A DNA stretch of 64,000 nt from Eledone cirrhosa (taxonomy: Eukaryota): assembly GCA_964016885.1 (NCBI GenBank), contig OZ024740.1, positions 113,088,001-113,152,000 on the forward strand. The letters are read 5' to 3'. How positions within the stretch are numbered: the first letter of the stretch is position 1; each line of letters opens with the position of its first letter. The position numbers and the translations under genes were made by a program. Below the pieces are notes generated by a model. It saw nothing but the letters and a program-made list of their open reading frames with translations. It made no database searches and was not told the DNA's origin. This document shows positions 39,596 through 53,821 of the stretch, one piece after another.

Positions 39596-42150
39596 ATGCT
39601 GATCAAAGATTATCTTCCTATGTCTACTAAGAACATCCCAATACCATCTAGGGATACGTACGAAAAATTATTGATTATTAGTGTCAACTCATTTATCAAT
39701 AGAGTGAGATGGAGGACATTCCATTACGATAGAAACCGAACAGACAAAACAGGGATGGAATCAATTTCGACTCATACGGGGTTAAAACTTTTAAAACCCC
39801 ACTTTATTAAACTCTTTCGAAAATGATTTAATAAAACTAGTTAAGAACATAAGGTACAGAAAACATCCTAATAGAAATAACACCTTCTTAAACAACCTTA
39901 ACTCCACTATTAAAAGATTTAATAAAAATAAGAAAATTCTAATACATGCTGATAAAACTAATAATATATATATAGCCTAGATTACGAAACATCTAGAAAA
40001 TTTATATATAAAGAACTGCATAGGAGCTATAAGAAAACCACTATTAGAAACCTATAAGATATAAATATAGAAGGCCATAGTATAGTATGTAAATTAGAAC
40101 TTCAGAGATATACACAGCGATGCACCCCTAACCCCCCAAGATTCTCTCTGAAAGACCATAATGAAGACTTTAATAGTAACCCATTTATAAAACTAATTTG
40201 CCCTTCCAAATCTGACATTGGAATTATCAGCAAAAAATATTAGACAGAATCGTCTCCCAATTTAAGCATAAAATATATCCTAACCTGTGGGGAAATACTG
40301 GTGAAGTTATTGAATGGTTCAATGATATTAATGAGAATAAAAATAAAAAAATTATATAATTTGATATTAATTCGTACTACACCTCTATTTCTCCTATCCT
40401 ATTAAACAAGGCATTAATTATGGCTATGAACAATAGTCACCTTACTAGATCCCAAATTGATGTCATCCTTGCGACCCGTAAAACCATAATTGTATTTGAA
40501 GATCAATTATGGACCCGCAAAGATACACCTAACAACTTTGACATAACTATGGGATCTAGTGACACGGCGCAAGTCACTGATTTGTTGGTTCTATATCTCT
40601 TAAATGAAATTTATAAGAATCTGCCCTATCTCAATGGTGGTTTATACCGCGATGATGCACTACTACTTATTGACTATAAAAAATAATATAGAAAGAACTA
40701 GGAAACAATTGCATAACATATTTAAAAACTTCAACTTAAGTATTACCTTAGATAAAAACACTAAAAACGTTAACTTCCTTGGTGCTACCCTTTGCGTGGA
40801 CTCTAAAATATATACACCTTTTCATAAACCAAACGAAAAACTACTTTATGTAGATACCAAATCTACCCCCCCCCCCCTAAATCTATATTAAACTCAATTA
40901 CTAAAGGAATATCAAATGGAATTTCTACTCTATCATATAATTGTTTCTACTTTTGACACAAAGCCAGTACATTACTCGTACTTTATTTTATCGACCCCGT
41001 GAGGATGAAAGGCAAATTTAACTTCGGCGGGATGACACTATATTTAAAAGTAAATCCCAATACTATAATGAGTCCTTAGCTCGATCAAGCCATAAAAATA
41101 AAATTAGATTTTTACCTATAATATTCACTTAGTTACAACATTATTTCTCACAATATGGACCTGAATAAAAGTAATAAAAGTACTAGCCACTCTAACTCTA
41201 GTACGAAGGGTAATATCAAACTTAACTCGCACCAAAATAAACACTCCAATAATAATATAAACAGCAATATAAACAATACCTCAAATAACATTACAAAAAA
41301 CAAAAATAGAAGAACTAATACATTTTTCAATCCGCCTTTTAATCTAAACGTCTCTACCAACTTGCCTAAGGCTTTCTTCTCAATCTTAGAAAAACACTTC
41401 TCAGTCGGCCACAAATACCATAATCTTATCAATAAAAATACCATTAAAATCTCTTACTCTATCACACCTAACATCGCGTACCATATAGCTATTAATAATA
41501 AAAGGAAGATTAATAATTATTTCCAACTAATTAAATCGCAACAGAGGGTGAACTTACATAACAACATAGTACCAGAGAATTCTAGTAGCAATAATAATAA
41601 TAGTAATAGCACTAATCAAATTAATAACAATGGGAATGGTAATCATCATTACCCTAATGCTATCCCTAACAACCATGCATCTACACACCCTACTAACCAG
41701 CAAATAAACAACCAAAATAACTGTAACTGTAGAACAAATAGAACTTTCCCCTTAGGACAAAATTGCGTAATCAAAGACATTATTTACTCATGCACATTCA
41801 ATACAAACAACAGTTCAAAAACATATATCGGTTCAACTACGAACTGCTTCAAGACCAGATATAACTCGCATCTCCAAACTTTCAAAAATCGCAATCTAGT
41901 CAACTCCACTTCTTTATCTAACTACATACACTCTCTGAAAACTAAGAATAGACCATATACACTTCAATGGGAAGTAATACAAAGGGCCGCATCGTATAAA
42001 CCACCGAATAAATTATGTAACCTCTGTCTTGTAGAGACTCGCACTATAATCTATTCTAAGCTAAACCTTTTAAATAGAAAATCAGAAATGTTTTCCATGT
42101 TCCAACACTATCACCGACACTCTTTCCACAACTTCAAACCTAGCTGTTAG
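39596..42150 (+). pseudogene. Penelope-like reverse transcriptase + GIY-YIG endonuclease, disrupted
   Basis: STKNIPIP, RVRWR, HADKTNN, FDINSYY, ITMGS, GGLYRDD, VNFLG, FFNPPF, CNCR..PL..NC linker, IIYSC..TYIGST..FKTRYNSH, CNLCLVE..LLNRKSE. The CxC linker and C-terminal CxxC resemble Hydra-type PLEs (tentative). Frameshifts and a SINE insertion. Confidence 0.88.
40937..41032 (-). mobile_element. SINE fragment nested in the Penelope ORF
   Basis: ATAATTGTTTCTACTTTTG...TCGACCCCGTGAGGATGAAAGGCAAATTTAACTTCGGCGGGAT. Confidence 0.85.
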
Positions 42151-43222
42151 TATATAATATTGTCAGATCTGGATTCATCACCACCATTAACACTTTACCT
42201 CTGGGTTTTATCAGCATATAATTACCCCCACAGCATCACATTCTATGATCAGCTCATTCCTCTACTTACCTCCTATTTATCTACAATAACTATTGGGAAT
42301 AAACATAAAGTTACCACCATTTAATATAACTACAATAACTTCCTTACTAATATTTTATTCATTTAATTAATATATGGGTAGGTAGTGATAAAATGAGACC
42401 TTTAAGATTGTATTTAAAATTAAATATATATATTTAAAAACAAATAGCATTATATAAAAGAATTCGTTATAACAATATATTGTATATTAAATAAAATTTA
42501 AATAATTGGAGTTGTAAACAACTATACATTTTGCTCTTATATACAAATTAATCGCCAATTACCTCCCCTTTCACATTAGCTTCCCTTAGTATAGATCTCT
42601 AATCACTTCCTGAAATTAAACCGTTAGACAGATCACTCCAGATCAACTTGAACCCTTGATAAGATTGTAATAGGACCACTATACAATCCATAGTTGTAGC
42701 AACTAATAAACATTTACTAAAATATAACCAATGTAATGGAAAGGAAAACCTTAATATTAATACTCACAACACATGCACATTTGAACATTACCGGAACAAT
42801 TATCACATTGCATCCACCATAAACTTCATAGAAACTGCTTTTCATACCCACGCACCTCTGTCTACTTAATATGCTTTTATACCTGCATTGTATTATGTGA
42901 TACATTTGCCATATTGTGATATATATGTTTAGTACCATTGCTTGTTTCTTACCTGGTTATTCTGTACATGCCTAATACCTCTGCACTCTTTCTATACGTT
43001 TGTATATGTACCGCTAATGTCCTCATTTTGCGAGTAACTTTCTTCTTTAATTCCTCTATAATTGTTGTATTATTCTTTTATAATCTTTGTCGCATCCACT
43101 GATACTGACCACATCATCTTCACTCTTTAAATATGACACTGTTAATGACAACACTAACATCTATGTATCTTTATGATTGTTCTGTGGAATAGGAGGTTAA
43201 TTATATGTCTAAACTTTGCTAG

Positions 43223-43269
43223 TGCTCCGATGGATCCAAACGAAAGCTTGGAAGAAACGATTGTCAGCA
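43223..43269 (+). ncRNA. Degenerate hammerhead ribozyme in the Penelope 3' pLTR
   Basis: TGCT/AGCA stem I, mutated core CCGATGG, stem II TCCAA/TTGGA, GAAA 43254-43257, ACGATTGT stem III, GUC site. Confidence 0.55.
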
Positions 43270-43496
43270 ATAACATGTTTTGAACATAGTTTTGATTATT
43301 CTGTAATTTATTTCCGGCTCTGTAAAACATCTGATGTATTTATATTGAGGTATTTTTCTTACTGGTAATAAGGTGGTAATGAATTACTGACCTTGCTTGT
43401 TTATAATTATATATAGTGTATATATAAGTATAAATAATATTATTATTATTATATATATATATATAGAAATGATAACACACACGAGAGAGAGAGAAA

Positions 43497-43564
<68 letters not shown>

Positions 43565-43950
43565 ATCAATATACAGGGAAATCCACCAGTGTATGGAATC
43601 TATAAAATACGAAAGGTGAGGTAGACGGATCATAATTAAAAATATAAATCAAAATGGATTTACCCACCTTTAGAACTATATATCACACACGTACAAACCA
43701 AAAGAGATTTGTTTCGCCAAAAGATTAGTGAATGGAATGAAAACACCCAGGTTCATCAGCGCGTGTTAAGTAAATACATTCCAGACAACTCTAAGAAAAA
43801 TTTGACACGTGGTAGAGAGAAGTGAATATGTGCGAAAGACAGTAGACTAGTGGCCTGGGTGGAATGAGCGGCTAGAAATCGCAGCCCCAAACCACTGAAA
43901 GAGGAGTGCTCTACCGAACAGAGAGAGAGAGAGAGAGGGAGAGAGAGAGA

Positions 43951-44012
<62 letters not shown>

Positions 44013-44014
44013 GG

Positions 44015-44063
<49 letters not shown>

Positions 44064-44199
44064 AGAGTGTGTGTGTGTGTGGGTTTATCAACGTACAGGG
44101 AAAACCACCAGTATATGGAATCTATATATATGTATATAATCATCATCAGAATCCTCTTCGTTTTTACGCACACACACGCGCATATATATATACACACAT

Positions 44200-44263
<64 letters not shown>

Positions 44264-44516
44264 TAGACCACCCGTGAGCCGTTGGGTCACTTTCACTTCA
44301 AATTATAAAAAAAAAATTATGTTCACTTTAGAGTGATTTTTAAATAATTATAATATACACATACATGTATATAATGTGAAATGAAACTGGAAGGCCCATA
44401 TATGTATACGTGTGTGTGTGTATATAAATGTGTGCGTGTCTATACATATATATATATGTATGTGTGTCTGTGTATATATATATATCGGTGTCTGTGATCT
44501 ATATACACTGGTCATA

Positions 44517-44653
<137 letters not shown>

Positions 44654-45360
44654 ATGATATTGGAAAGCCAATATATATATACGTGTATGTGTGTGTGTCT
44701 ATGTACGTGTATATATATATATGTGTTTGTGTGTGTGGGTGTCTGTGGCCTATATACACTGGTTACAGACACACACACACACATACATCCTGTCCTAACA
44801 CAAGTTATAAGATACATATAACTTAATATTCAGTCACCAAATTCAAGCTAGATACAATAATGCTGTATTCGATTCTTTGAAGTCACCTGTCATAATTTCA
44901 TTCAACAAAACCACCAGCTTTCTCTCTCTCACAATCACTATCGGCGTTTGAATTCACATTCCAATGGTACCTTACTTTCAAAGAATTTTCCCATTATGTG
45001 CTGCTTTGGCTATTTATAAAGGTATCCGAAAAAAAACCGCGTATCTCGGGAACCCGCGGTCCGATTTACGCGAAACTTGTCTTTTCACTGTTTTATTCAC
45101 AAGTATTTTCACAAAGAAAATATCAAATCATTTTTCACTAATAGCTATGCAATTACTCCACTTCAAAATTCTTTTTTCTATATCTCTATTGATGCTTGAC
45201 TGTTTATTCTGAAAGATATTTCTGCTTAAAAAGTTGCAATGTTAATGAAAAGCTGGTTTTATTTACAAAATTTTGAAAGAAATTATTCTTACTTGTCTTA
45301 GCTTTTCCTTTTCCTTTCATTTTCTGACGTCGGAATCAACATTTTCTCATATTTACGCTG

Positions 45361-48300
45361 TTACAGTTTGTTCAAAAGAATGCTTTTGATGACAACATTC
45401 TTAGGTGACTGGGTATCCTTCAGAAACACTCTGACATTTTCTTTTCGTTTTCCGCAGCTAAGGGCTACATACAGTTGACCGTGTTGGAATACAGGTCGTT
45501 CCAGATAAACCAAGACGTTTTCCATAGTTTGTTCTTGTGCTTTATGAATAGTCATACGATTGAACTGGGAATTGGCTTCGCTGCAAAGGGATATCCCACC
45601 TTCGGATAGATTAATTCTTATTCTAGGTATCATAACGATCTCATTTCTGAAAGCAATAGTGTTGATTCTTGCTACTATGAGATTGTCGTGCAGTTCTTCC
45701 ACGATCACGCGCGTTCCATTACAGAGCCTTGGAGGATTCAAGTTTCTCATAAGAATTATTGGCGATCTTTTTTCAATTCCAGGTTATGTGGTGGAAGTCC
45801 TGATAGTTCAACCGAATCAAGGAATTCAGTCGGGAAATGAGTGGCATTGTCACCATCACTCACAGAATTATAGGATCGGTACTCTTTTATGGTTCCAGGG
45901 AAGCGTCTGATACAGGAGCAATTGATGCTTCTCATCATTTCATTGAGAGGTACTAAGATGCAATTGTTCGAAAACACTTCAGTTGGATTGTCGAATGAGG
46001 GGTAGATGAAATCAATACATTCTTCCATAGTTGTTGCTTGGAGAACGATTTATTTTTGCAAAATAATTTCCTCATTTTCAGTTTTTTTTATCTTATCTTC
46101 TCCAATATCCAATAGGAACTGTGCATAGTTTCCTGCTCCGCCACCCAATCGCATGTTTGTCTTCAATTGAAATCTTTTGAAGCTTCGCCATAAGTAGGAT
46201 TTTTTAATGCAGGCGTTTTCCACGTCCGCTTCATTTCCCCTTTTCATTAAGAAGCTGACGGAAATCGCCACAGCAAATTGTCAAAATTCCACCGAATCCC
46301 TCATTGGTGTCGCATATGTCATGCAGAGTGAGGTCAACAGCTTCGAAACTTTCCCTCCGAATCATAGGACACTCATCCCAAACAATCAGCCTTGTATGCT
46401 AGAAGAGGTTTGCCGTCGTTGAGTTTTTATCAATGTTGCACAGATCATTTTCTTTCACTACTATCGGTATTTTGAACGTAGAATGCGCTGTTCTTCCACC
46501 AGGCATCTGTGTTGTGGTAATGCCAGATGACGCAACAGCAATAGCCACGTCACCGTTTCCCCTGACTTTTGAAAGAATTAAGTTAATCAGGAATGTCTTT
46601 CCTGTTCCACCTGGAGCGTCAATGAAAATCAATGCAGATGTGTTCGTCTCTAAACTGTTACAAACGAAGTCGTACACGTGTTTTTGTTCACTATTCAATA
46701 GAGGTTCCGTCTCTTCTATAAATCGTCGCTGCTCTTCTCTGGTGTATTGCAATTATGCAATAACTCAAAATTGCCAATATCCTGATTAGTAACAATATTA
46801 TTTGGCCTTGGCAAGTTAAAGTCACTAAGACTTTTGCCCAGGTCGTTAAGTTTGTCTTCAAAATACAGAAGACATTGATCATAATGTCTCTCGTTAATCA
46901 AAAGTTTAGAGTTTCTGGTAGCCCTTTTTTCTATTTGAAGGTAATCCTCAGACAGCGAATGCTTAAATAGAGCCCATAAAGCACTGGAATTTTCAATTTC
47001 TGTATTTGTGAGGAGCACGATGAATAGGTCTCTCATGGCTTTGGGAAGCCTTGTTCGCTCAGCATCTTCCAGAGTCTGCTGCCAATGACCATCCGATTGA
47101 AGCAAACCTTTCTCTCTGCAGAGGTCTTTGAATAATTTCAGGAGTTCTCCATCACACATTTTCAAAGAGTTGAAGGATACTGGCCCTTTGAGGTGATGCA
47201 GAAGGAGTCTTAAATAACACAGGTCACCACTTCGTGGAGAAACAGTGTATACTCGTCCCAAAACGTTCGCCTCAAAAATCCCTGGATACTGCTCAACCTT
47301 TCTCCTTTCCCATCTCTTATTACTCCAAGTGTAAAACTTTGGGACATCGGCATAATACAATGTTTTTGCAAACGGATCGCGATCGCAAAGATCCATGAAC
47401 TCAGTCAGAGTCGTCTTAGCCATGTTATTGTTTACTTTAACAGCAGAATTGACCCGAAAGAAGATTTGATTTTCCTCAGGTAGATGAATTTGAAGGTGAC
47501 CTACGACCGGTTATCTCTCATGAATTGGAAATCCAAGTACCAAGGCAACAGCTTCTGAAGGACCGATATATCTTCCTGTTAAATACTGTATTATCTCATC
47601 TTCCCTGTTCACTCCAAACATTGCCTGATCACTGCCCTTCATGGTATATTTGATAACGTATTTGATCGATTTCACGGAAGAGCACATCTCTACGTTTAGG
47701 TGGCAGTTGAATAGTTTTAATAGTTTCATATTGTAGAGAACCACCCATTCCGAAGTTATATTTCGGCTTCCCCTTCCTTCTTGGTGACCCTCAAATCCTC
47801 CCATTCCTGGAGACCGTCTTCTGTACACAGGATAAGAGTCCTCTCCACACAATGTATATTCATTGAAAGGCTTAGGGTACCGCTTATTGCACATTCCATC
47901 TTTCCAACATGGCGAATTGTTAGAGCAATTCGGACCGTGAATCATGTGCTTCAGCACCAATTCATGACCCTCTGGATCTTTATTTGGATCTGGTATTTCG
48001 GCTTGAACAAATTTATCATATTCCTGCAGTCTGGGCTTGGAGGCTTCATTGAGCCATAGCAAACAGTGCACATGCGGAAGACCTCGCTTTTGATATTCGA
48101 CTGTCAGCACGTAAGCAATGCACTTGCCAAATAGGCCATCTACTCCAGTAAGATACTTTCTTAACAGTTTCCGCTTCAGGTCAAATACTCTGGCAATTAA
48201 ATCTAGCTTGTCATGTGGCTTCTGATTCAGGAATAGGTTTTGCCGGATTTCATTGTGATGAAGAACGAAGGATTGCCGTACTTCCGTATGTACATAATGG

Positions 48301-49820
48301 CATCCTGGCTTCGCTCCATCATATATCTCGGTCGACCGACAAATGTGGAAGAGAGTATGATTCGCCTGCCTATATTGCGATAATCGTCATCATCATTCAA
48401 TGCGTCAGTAAGGCCATTGTATGTTGTAGATCGCAATGATGTTTGATTCATTCGGATGTATTGCAGTCTATCTCCTTCAATCTTCGCATTCTCATGGTTC
48501 ATTATTCGATAGGATTAGTAGCGAATTGGCGTCAACTTCTTGTTGTTGCTCATTAACAGCTCATGATGCCATCCGTCATCGCCAAAAGGAAAACATAGAA
48601 CATACTGCAAACTGTCATAGGACCGATGGGACTCTGAGATTATTTGCAATTGTCCGCCTTTTTCTTTCAACACAATGTGCCGTGCTTTTGGTTGAAGTTC
48701 GGTGCTGTTTTGTATAATGACGGCAACTTCATTTGCAGTTTGTGCATTGAATCTTCTCTCATGTTCCTTTGCTGGTCTCCTACCAGGATCAATAATAGTC
48801 GAAACTTCGGGAATATTTTTAATTTGTTCTTTTGCCATTCGAAATGAAGCAACGTAAGGGTTATATTGTCTGAGTATTATTTCCAATAATTCAACTATGT
48901 CGCGCTGAATGCCATCGTTATGGAGTATCCTGATCCTCAAATCATCAGTATCCTGAGGATCCAAGAAGTAAATTTGAAGAAATGGGGGTTGTTCGTTGGG
49001 ATTAGGGTTTAAGGAACCGATGTAATGGTGAATTTGACATGAATAACGATAGAAGGATTCCATCCACTCATTGAGGACCGAACTTCTTCGGCACCAAAAG
49101 ATGCCATTTGGAACAGGCAGTTGTATTGTCTGAGGTTCTTTCTGAACTCGTTTGCCCTAGGTTGATCAGTACTAAATAAACTGTGAAGTTCCTGGGGGTA
49201 AAGGCTGCAGATTCCCCAACCTGACTTTTCCATTCATACAGCAAAAGTTAGCAGTTTCACCATGAATAAGCATTGCATGACAACAGACACATCTTATTCA
49301 TCTTTCCAACATCAGCAGAAAGGACACGTCGTTGAACTGTCCTTGCTCTATCCCTAATGGTTTGTTGGCAAAGACGTTCAGTTCTCCGAGCGTCCGATTC
49401 ATAATTTCTCCTGCTTCTGTCTCTTTCCCTCTGTTCCGCCAGACGCGCAGCTCTCCGACTATCCGATTCATGATCTCTCCTGCTTCTGTCTCTTTCCCTC
49501 TGTTCCGCCAGACGCTCAGCTCTCTGACCATCAGATTCATGATTTCTCCTTCTTCTGTCTCTTTCCCTCTGTTCCGCCAGACGCTCAGCTCTCCGACCAT
49601 CCGATTCATGATCTCTCCTGCTTCTGTCTCTTTCCCTCTGTTCCGCCAGACGCGCAGCCCTTGCTTTATCAGTCTCATCGATCCGTCTATTCGTATGCCT
49701 GTCCCGATCTTGTTGGCGTTGACCACTATCTTGCTCACTTTCTTCGGCTCTCCTTAGCCGTTCTTTCTATCCACTATCGATAGACCAACCAGATGTTTTC
49801 TTTCTTCCTCGTCGGGGCAT
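45361..49820 (-). pseudogene. Helitron RepHel: STPR-like repeats, Zn finger, HUH/Y2 Rep and Pif1-type helicase, frameshifted
   Basis: MPRRGRK start; GKMNKMCLCCHA..ETANFCCMNGKV; VEYQKRGLPHVH; KYVIKYTMKG; FIDAPGGTGKTF; GGRTAHSTFKIP; RNLNPPRLCNGTR; MTIHKAQ; HGQLYVALS. Confidence 0.93.
49372..49660 (-). repeat. 69-bp coding tandem repeat (~4 units; 23-aa STPR-like)
   Basis: Period 69 (49411 vs 49480); the frame continuous with the Zn finger reads ETDKARAARLAEQRERDRSRRDH / ESDGRRAERLAEQRERDR.. Confidence 0.8.
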
Positions 49821-50577
49821 TATTTAAGAATCTAAAATCGTATTCACCTCAGAAAAAATTCCTATTACCTCAACAAATATTTTTTTTAGATCATCATTTA
49901 GAAATATTTCTAAATAATGAAAATATTGTCTGTTTAAACAACTCGTATTTTTCAAATCATATTCAATTAAAAAATACTTATTAATAATTAAAATATTCTG
50001 TTTAAAGAAAGCTGAAATATATATACTCAGTGTACAAATAATTTGTATTTTTTAAATCATATTCACTTAAGAATATTTTTTAAATATGCCAAGAAATATT
50101 TGTCCATCGTATTCGCTTGAAAATAATTTTTTAAAAATGAAGATATTGTCTATGTAAATAAAGCTATTTGTGAAATCAAATTCACTTAAAATATTTCTAA
50201 ATAATTGAAATATTCTTTTTAACAAAAGCAAAAATACAAACACCAACTGGTATTTTCCAGTCATTTTCACTTAATGCTTTTCTGATAATTAAAATATCGT
50301 CTGTTTAAAGAAAGCTCAAATATAGATACTTGAAGTACAAACGACTTGTAGTTTTAAAATCATATTCACTGAGAAATCACTGAAAAATCTTTTTTTAATA
50401 ATTATTGAAATATTTCTCGAATGATGAACATAGTTTATGTCTATTTACGTCAAACTTGTTTTATCCCCATTTCAGGGTTATGTCACTTATTTTTCCATTA
50501 TGCACCGTTTTGGATATTTACGAAGGCATCCTACACACACACACAAATATATATATGTCTCTAACTTAAGTACTGTG

Positions 50578-50669
<92 letters not shown>

Positions 50670-51349
50670 CTCTAAATACGTAAACACATGCACTGGCACA
50701 CATACACATAGAGATACACACGGTGGCAGTAGAACTGTGAAAGAGAGAGAAAGAAATAACGTTATGGATATGGTGTAGAGTTAAAATAAATAAAAGTTAA
50801 GGACGCTGTCTCTTTCCCTATCTGTCATGCCCCTCTCTCTCTCATCTCTTTATTCTCTCTCTCTCATCCCCTCGCTCTCTATTTCTCTCTTTCACCCCCT
50901 CTCTGTCTCTCTTACCTACAGAATGGACAACCAAAAAACAAATGGATTATTTCTTTTGATATTCATTATAAAATAAGATAAATTGAATTTAGATGAATTC
51001 CTTGGTATATTTTGAAAATTGAAAATATTGTCCATGTGCGATTTACGCCAAACTTGTTTTATTCAGAGTATTTTCTCATTATGCAATGTTTTGGCTATTT
51101 ACGAAGTTTTGCAGGGTTATGTTAATTTTGAATTATTTTCCCAGTATGCACCGTTGTGACTATTTACGTAGGTACCCCCAAAACCCGCGAATCTTGGGAA
51201 CGCGGGGTCAGATTTTCGCGAAACTTGTTTTATCCAATTTGTATTTCAACTTGCTTTCAAAGTATTTACCCATTATGCGCCCTTTTGGCTGTATTACATA
51301 ACAGACAAGCAAGCAAGCAAGCACGCAAGATCAGAGTTTTAGTAGTATA

Positions 51350-51640
51350 CTAGACCACTCGTGAACGTTGGGTCATGTTCACTTTAAAATATATTTTTAA
51401 TCGTGTTCACTTAAAAAGAATTTTTAAATAATAAAAATATACGCAGACATGTATATAATGTGAAATGAAACTGGAAGGCCTATATATATACGTGAGTGTA
51501 TGTATATATATATATATATGTGTGTGTGTGTAAACATATACATATATATGTATGTGTGTGTGTATATATATATATATGTGGATGTCTGTGATCTACATGC
51601 ACTGGTCACAAACACACACATATATATATATTCACACACA

Positions 51641-51694
<54 letters not shown>

Positions 51695-52015
51695 ACAGCA
51701 CCACCAGTTCTCTTCCATTTTCATTCTCTGTCTCCTCTCCCTCTTTCTGTCTCTCTTTCAATCTACTCTCTCACAACCAGTATCTCTTTCTCTCTATCTT
51801 TTTCTCTCTTTGTTTACTTTGTTTATGAAGTCACCAGGAAAAACCTCATATGTTGGGAACCCGTGGTCCGATTTACGCGAAATTTGTTTTGTTCCATTTG
51901 TGTTCCCATTTCAGGGTCAACTTCCTTTCAAAGTATTTTCCCATTATGCGCCCTTTTGGCTGTATTACATTACAGATAAGCAAGCAAGCAATCAATCACA
52001 GACTTTTAGTATTAT
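51350..52015 (-). mobile_element. Non-autonomous Helitron of the same family, directly abutting the autonomous copy
   Basis: CTAGACCACTCGTGAACGTTGGGTCA duplicates 44263-44290; its far end (51850-52015) duplicates 51195-51348. Confidence 0.85.
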
Positions 52016-52198
52016 AAAAAGTGTATACACCATTCTAATATATATATTGCCTGTACAGGTAATCAAAGTGTATATACATTTTTCGGGGAAACCATATATA
52101 TATATATATATACCTGGGTCCTGAAAAATGTATACACCATTCTAATATATATATTGCCTGTACAGGTGATCAAAGTGTGTATACATTTTTCCGGGACA

Positions 52199-52241
<43 letters not shown>

Positions 52242-52966
52242 GGTGTCCCTAAAACTGTATACACCATTCTAATATATATATTGCCTGTACAGGTAATCAA
52301 AGTGTGTATACATTTTATGGGGACACCATATATATATATATCTGGGTCCTGAAAAATGTATACGCCATTCTAATATATATATATTGGTTGTATAGGTAAT
52401 CAAAGTGTGTATACATTTTTCCGGGTCACCATATATATATAAATATATATATATACCGGTGTCCCTAAAACGGTATACACCATTCTAATATATATATTGC
52501 CTGTACAGGTAATCAAAGTGTGTATACATTTTTCGGGGACACCATATATATATATATACCGGTTTCCCTAAAATATATATACACCATTCTAATATATATA
52601 TTGCCCGTACAGGTAATCAAAGTGTGTATACATTTTTAGGGGACACCATATATATATATATATATATATATATATCGGGGTCCCTAAAAATGTATACACC
52701 ATTCTAATATATATATATTGCCTGTACAGGTAATCAAAGTGTGTATACATTTTTCGGGGAAACCATATATATATATACCTGGGTCCCTAAAAATGTATAC
52801 ACCATTCTAATATATATATTGCCTGTACAGGTAATCAAAGTGTGTATATGCTTTTCCGGGACACCAAATATATATATATACCGGTGTTCCTAAAAATGTA
52901 TACACCATTCTAATATATATATTGCTTGTACAGGTAATCAAAGTGTGCATACATTTTTCGGGGACA

Positions 52967-53041
<75 letters not shown>

Positions 53042-53125
53042 GGGGTCCCTAAATATGTATACACCATTCTAATATATATAGTGCCTGTACAGGTAATCAA
53101 AGTGTGTATACATTTTTCGGGGACA

Positions 53126-53174
<49 letters not shown>

Positions 53175-53778
53175 GGGGTCCCTAAAAGTGTATACAGCAT
53201 TTTAATATATATATTGTCTGTACAGGTAATCAAAGTGTGTATACATTTTTCGGGGACACCATATATTTATATATATATATACCGGGGTCCCTAAAAATGT
53301 ATACATCATTCTAATATATATATTGCCTGTACAGGTAATCAAAGTGTGTATACATTTTTCGGGGACACCATATATTTATATATATATACCGGGGTCCCTA
53401 AAAATGTATACATCATTCTAATATATATATTGCCTGTACAGGTAATCAAAGTGAGTATACATTTTTCGGAGAAACCATATATATATATACCGGGGTCCCT
53501 AAAAATGTATACACCATTCTAATATATATATTGCCTGTACAGGTAATCAAAGTGAGTATACATTTTTCGGAGAAACGATATATATATATACCTGGGTCCT
53601 GAAAAATGTATACACCATTCTAATATATATATTCGTTGTACAGGTAATCAGAGTGTGTATACATTTTTCCGGGACACCATATATATATATACCGGTGTCC
53701 CTAAAAATGTATACACCATTCTAATATATATATATGGCATGTACAGGTAATCAAATTGTGTATCATTTTTCGGGGAGA

Positions 53779-53821
<43 letters not shown>

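Larger units (their letters stand above)
39343..43405 (+). mobile_element. Full-length decayed Penelope-like element with inverted 5' pLTR
   Basis: Inverted arms ~39343-39527 / 43125-43308, tail to ~43405, flanked by (TA)n; encloses an RT + GIY-YIG pseudo-ORF. Confidence 0.9.

Noticed and set aside
43561-44125. ~45-bp segment duplicated at 43561 and 44082 after (GT)n
   Set aside because: Probably the terminus of another small repeat; too little to classify.
45361-46752. Host PIF1 helicase gene
   Set aside because: Intronless, frameshifted, fused to an HUH Rep and bounded by Helitron termini.
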